This document shows positions 30,889-32,000 of a DNA stretch of 32,000 nucleotides, piece after piece. The position numbers were made by a program, and so were the translations under genes. The stretch covers positions 150,001-182,000 of the forward strand of contig JBAZMW010000001.1 in the NCBI GenBank assembly GCA_041649575.1, written 5' to 3'. The notes beneath the pieces were generated by a model, which saw only the letters and a list, made by a program, of their open reading frames with translations, was not told the DNA's origin and did not search any database. Origin of the DNA: Patescibacteria group bacterium. Lineage in GTDB: Bacteria; Patescibacteriota; Patescibacteriia; 2-01-FULL-39-33. Numbering within the stretch: position 1 is the stretch's first letter; the number at the start of each line of letters is the position of its first letter.

Positions 30889-31737
30889 ATGCAATATTTT
30901 TTAGCAATTTTTGCCGGAGTTCTGCAGGGGCTGACTGAATTTTTACCGATTTCCAGCTCCGGACACCTGGTAATCTTTCATCAGATTTTTAAGGTTTCTT
31001 TTATTGGCGGTCCGGGCGCGGGCGAGAGCTTGTCGGGAGATTTATTGTTTGATGTGGTGCTGCATCTGGGAACTCTGGTGGCTCTCTTGGTCTTTTTTTT
31101 CCGTGATGTGGAAAAAATTGTTCGTGGTTTTTTCTCCAGCCTGACCAACTGGAACTGGGCCAATAATTTTAATCAACGCCTGGCTTGGCTGGTAATTATC
31201 GGCACGATTCCGGCGGCAATCCTGGGGTTTTTTCTGGAAGATTTAATAACTAATTACTCGCGTTCCGCTTTTTTAGTGGCTATAATGTTGATTGTGGTGG
31301 CGGTACTATTTTGGATTTTTGAAAAATATTCTTTGAAACAGAAAGATTTGCAAACCGCCAGTAGATGGGATTCCTTGATTATTGGTTGCGCTCAAGCCCT
31401 GGCTCTGATTCCCGGAGTTTCACGCAGCGGCATTACCATTATAGCAGGTCTGGGCAGAAAGATGAAGCGAATCGAGGCCGCTAGGTTTTCTTTTTTGCTG
31501 TCGATGCCGATAATTTTTGCCGCCGGCATCAAAAAAATATTAGAAATCGACAGCTTGGCCAATGTTAATTGGCTAATTTTGATTATTGGTTTTTTGACGG
31601 CCACCGTCTCTGGCTATTTGGTGATAAAATACTTTCTTAAATACCTGAATCGTCATTCTCTGAATATTTTTGCCTGGTATCGATTGATAATTGGCTGTTT
31701 GATATTGATTTGGTTGATTTTTTTCTTTGGCGCATAG
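30889..31737 (+). CDS. uppP: Undecaprenyl-diphosphate phosphatase
   Basis: The ORF is 282 aa. It has the UppP/BacA motifs LQGLTEFLPISSSGHL and PGVSRSG.TI, and it is polytopic. Confidence 0.9.
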   Translation: MQYFLAIFAGVLQGLTEFLPISSSGHLVIFHQIFKVSFIGGPGAGESLSGDLLFDVVLHLGTLVALLVFFFRDVEKIVRGFFSSLTNWNWANNFNQRLAWLVIIGTIPAAILGFFLEDLITNYSRSAFLVAIMLIVVAVLFWIFEKYSLKQKDLQTASRWDSLIIGCAQALALIPGVSRSGITIIAGLGRKMKRIEAARFSFLLSMPIIFAAGIKKILEIDSLANVNWLILIIGFLTATVSGYLVIKYFLKYLNRHSLNIFAWYRLIIGCLILIWLIFFFGA

Positions 31738-32000
31738 AGAATAAGGCAAAAGCCGACAAAAACCATCAGCAAATAATTGTTTAAGCGGTTGAGCTCTTCC
31801 AGGTTTTCCAGTCTGACCAGTTTTTGCCAAAAATCCTCGGGGTAAAAATAATTGGCAGCCGGCTTTTGGTCACTGGAGTCGGCAGCAGAATCGGTTTCGG
31901 TGTCGCCCAGGACTCGGCTGCCAAAAAGTTGCACCACCACTATGGCCGAGTGATTTTCAAACTTTCCTTTCAGAGCGGCCAGCCCGATTTCCTGGTATTG
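31653..32000 (-). CDS. 5'-truncated ORF entering from beyond the window; unknown protein with a C-terminal hydrophobic segment
   Basis: The minus-strand frame is open from position 32000 down to the stop at 31653. The track's start at 31940 is only an internal GTG. The hydrophobic segment is NYLLMVFVGFCLILYA. The ORF overlaps the 3' end of uppP by 85 nt, which is unusual. Confidence 0.3.
   Translation of the reverse strand, partial: QYQEIGLAALKGKFENHSAIVVVQLFGSRVLGDTETDSAADSSDQKPAANYFYPEDFWQKLVRLENLEELNRLNNYLLMVFVGFCLILYAPKKKINQINIKQPIINRYQAKIFRE

Noticed and set aside
1-32000. CRISPR arrays, tRNA or rRNA genes, integrases, transposases, prophage genes or toxin-antitoxin pairs that could explain the accessory regions.
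   Set aside because: I saw no short regularly spaced direct repeats and no tRNA-like T-arm (GTTCGAATC-type) in the intergenic spacers I read. None of the translated ORFs shows recombinase, transposase, reverse-transcriptase or phage structural motifs.

Overview
The window looks like an AT-rich, Shine-Dalgarno-poor bacterial chromosome, possibly Patescibacteria/CPR (inference only). It carries three ordinary loci. A surface-polysaccharide locus at 44-13943 encodes two GT4 glycosyltransferases, an O-antigen-ligase-like protein, a Wzz-like protein and an FG-GAP protein. A compact dcw cell-wall cluster at 14106-23866 runs mraY, AlaRS-like ORF, murD, ftsW, murG, murC, murB. Housekeeping genes follow: hpf, secA, an ASCH protein, an MTH1-like NUDIX hydrolase, mutM, a divergent PAP2 protein and uppP.

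The standout feature is six compositionally alien single-gene units. Hand counts of single 60-nt lines give about 63-75% GC in them, against about 27-53% in backbone lines. Three lie head to tail at 1287-6955, one sits inside the dcw cluster at 18422-18832, and two flank mutM at 28429-28946 and 29845-30401. Five of the six have an exact TTGACA-N17-TAnAAT promoter in AT-rich DNA; the sixth has only a weaker candidate. All six have a Shine-Dalgarno-type site (AAGGAGG-like in five, weaker GAAAGGA in one), which backbone genes lack, a high-GC CDS and a GC-rich hairpin terminator.

The three arrayed units encode mosaic secreted proteins or lipoproteins with Ig-like and thrombospondin-type-3-like repeats. 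Next to the dcw unit, the last 27 codons of murD are duplicated in tandem and in frame, and the two copies differ mostly at synonymous sites. I saw no integrase, transposase, reverse transcriptase, CRISPR array, tRNA or rRNA.

All domain calls come from reading the translations and recalling family motifs, not from searches.
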